Positions 63,584 to 64,000 of a stretch of DNA of 64,000 nt are shown piece by piece (within the stretch, counting starts at the first letter, position 1; every line of letters starts with the position of its first letter). The translations under genes and the position numbers were made by a program. The notes beneath the pieces are model-generated. The model saw only the letters and a program-made list of their open reading frames with translations. It was not told the DNA's origin and did no database searches. The stretch covers positions 4,447-68,446 of the forward strand of contig NZ_JBARTQ010000245.1 in assembly GCF_049645325.1 (NCBI RefSeq). Reading direction: 5' to 3'. This stretch comes from Pseudomonas sp. (GTDB lineage Bacteria > Pseudomonadota > Gammaproteobacteria > Pseudomonadales > Pseudomonadaceae).

Positions 63584-64000
63584 ATGCAGCTCAAAGATAC
63601 CCAGTTGTTCCGCCAGCAAGCCTTTATCGATGGCGCTTGGGTCGATGCGGACAACGGTCAAACCATCAAGGTCAACAACCCGGCCACGGGCGAAATTCTC
63701 GGCACCGTGCCGAAGATGGGCGCAGCTGAAACTCGCCGCGCCATCGAAGCCGCCGACAAGGCCCTGCCGGCCTGGCGTGCACTGACCGCCAAGGACCGCG
63801 CCAACAAACTGCGCCGCTGGTTCGAACTGATCATCGAGAACCAGGACGACCTGGCCCGCCTGATGACCCTGGAGCAAGGCAAGCCACTGGCTGAAGCCAA
63901 GGGCGAAATCGTCTACGCCGCCTCCTTTATCGAGTGGTTCGCCGAAGAAGCCAAGCGCGTCTACGGTGACGTGATTCCTGGCCACCAGCCGGACAAGCGC
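63584..64000 (+). CDS. gabD: NAD(P)-dependent succinate-semialdehyde dehydrogenase, N-terminal part; the 3' end lies outside the window
   Basis: AAGGAAAG lies upstream of ATG 63584. The open frame to the window end translates to MQLKDTQLFRQQAFIDGAWVDADNGQTIKVNNPATGEILGTVPKMGAAETRRAIEAADKALPAWRALTAKDRANKLRRWF...EQGKPLAEAKGEI, which is very close to Pseudomonas GabD as I recall it. Confidence 0.9.
   Translation, partial: MQLKDTQLFRQQAFIDGAWVDADNGQTIKVNNPATGEILGTVPKMGAAETRRAIEAADKALPAWRALTAKDRANKLRRWFELIIENQDDLARLMTLEQGKPLAEAKGEIVYAASFIEWFAEEAKRVYGDVIPGHQPDKR

Overview
This is a GC-rich gammaproteobacterial chromosome segment. Codon usage, gene content (pgaABCD, gabD, EmrAB-type and FUSC-type efflux operons) and three copies of a GTGGGAGCTGGCTTGCCTGCGAT-type REP palindrome suggest a Pseudomonas fluorescens-group genome; this is inference and no database was searched. 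Content from left to right: (1) an MFS pump, EmrA-like adaptor and NodT OMF efflux operon. (2) A divergent pair of secreted unknowns. (3) An operon with no ATPase, made of a secreted HlyD adaptor, a GAF-like::TM::HlyD protein and a PqqD/RRE-like::M50 metalloprotease::HlyD fusion. (4) A GNAT gene and an isolated phage-tail-collar protein with a small partner gene. (5) A GT39 glycosyltransferase, a TPST-like sulfotransferase, a ~2,626-aa DUF4347/Ig-repeat protein, a TolC-like OMF, a stand-alone APS kinase and a DUF2789 gene. (6) A MarR, FUSC, DUF1656, HlyD, OMF fusaric-acid-type efflux operon. (7) A 2-TM orphan and ydgA. (8) pgaABCD. (9) A cdiB-cdiA-cdiI contact-dependent inhibition locus. Its toxin end and a downstream array of small immunity-like genes form a visibly AT-richer island (~47.9-52.8 kb) punctuated by a ~42-bp palindrome family. 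(10) A seven-gene envelope cluster: five lipoproteins including CsgG-like/DUF4810/DUF799, plus a signal peptidase I paralogue. (11) An orphan serralysin-type RTX metalloprotease. (12) A vWA lipoprotein with an ECF sigma and anti-sigma pair. (13) tRNA-Arg(CCG) and the start of gabD. The two most interesting candidates for undescribed biology are the protease-fused HlyD operon (6958-11143) and the glycosylation/sulfation/giant-protein/TolC module (12799-25700). The CDI orphan-immunity island and the lipoprotein/SPase I/CsgG-like cluster also deserve attention. All family names come from my recognition of the translated sequences. Start codons were chosen by signal peptide or RBS logic and several remain uncertain.
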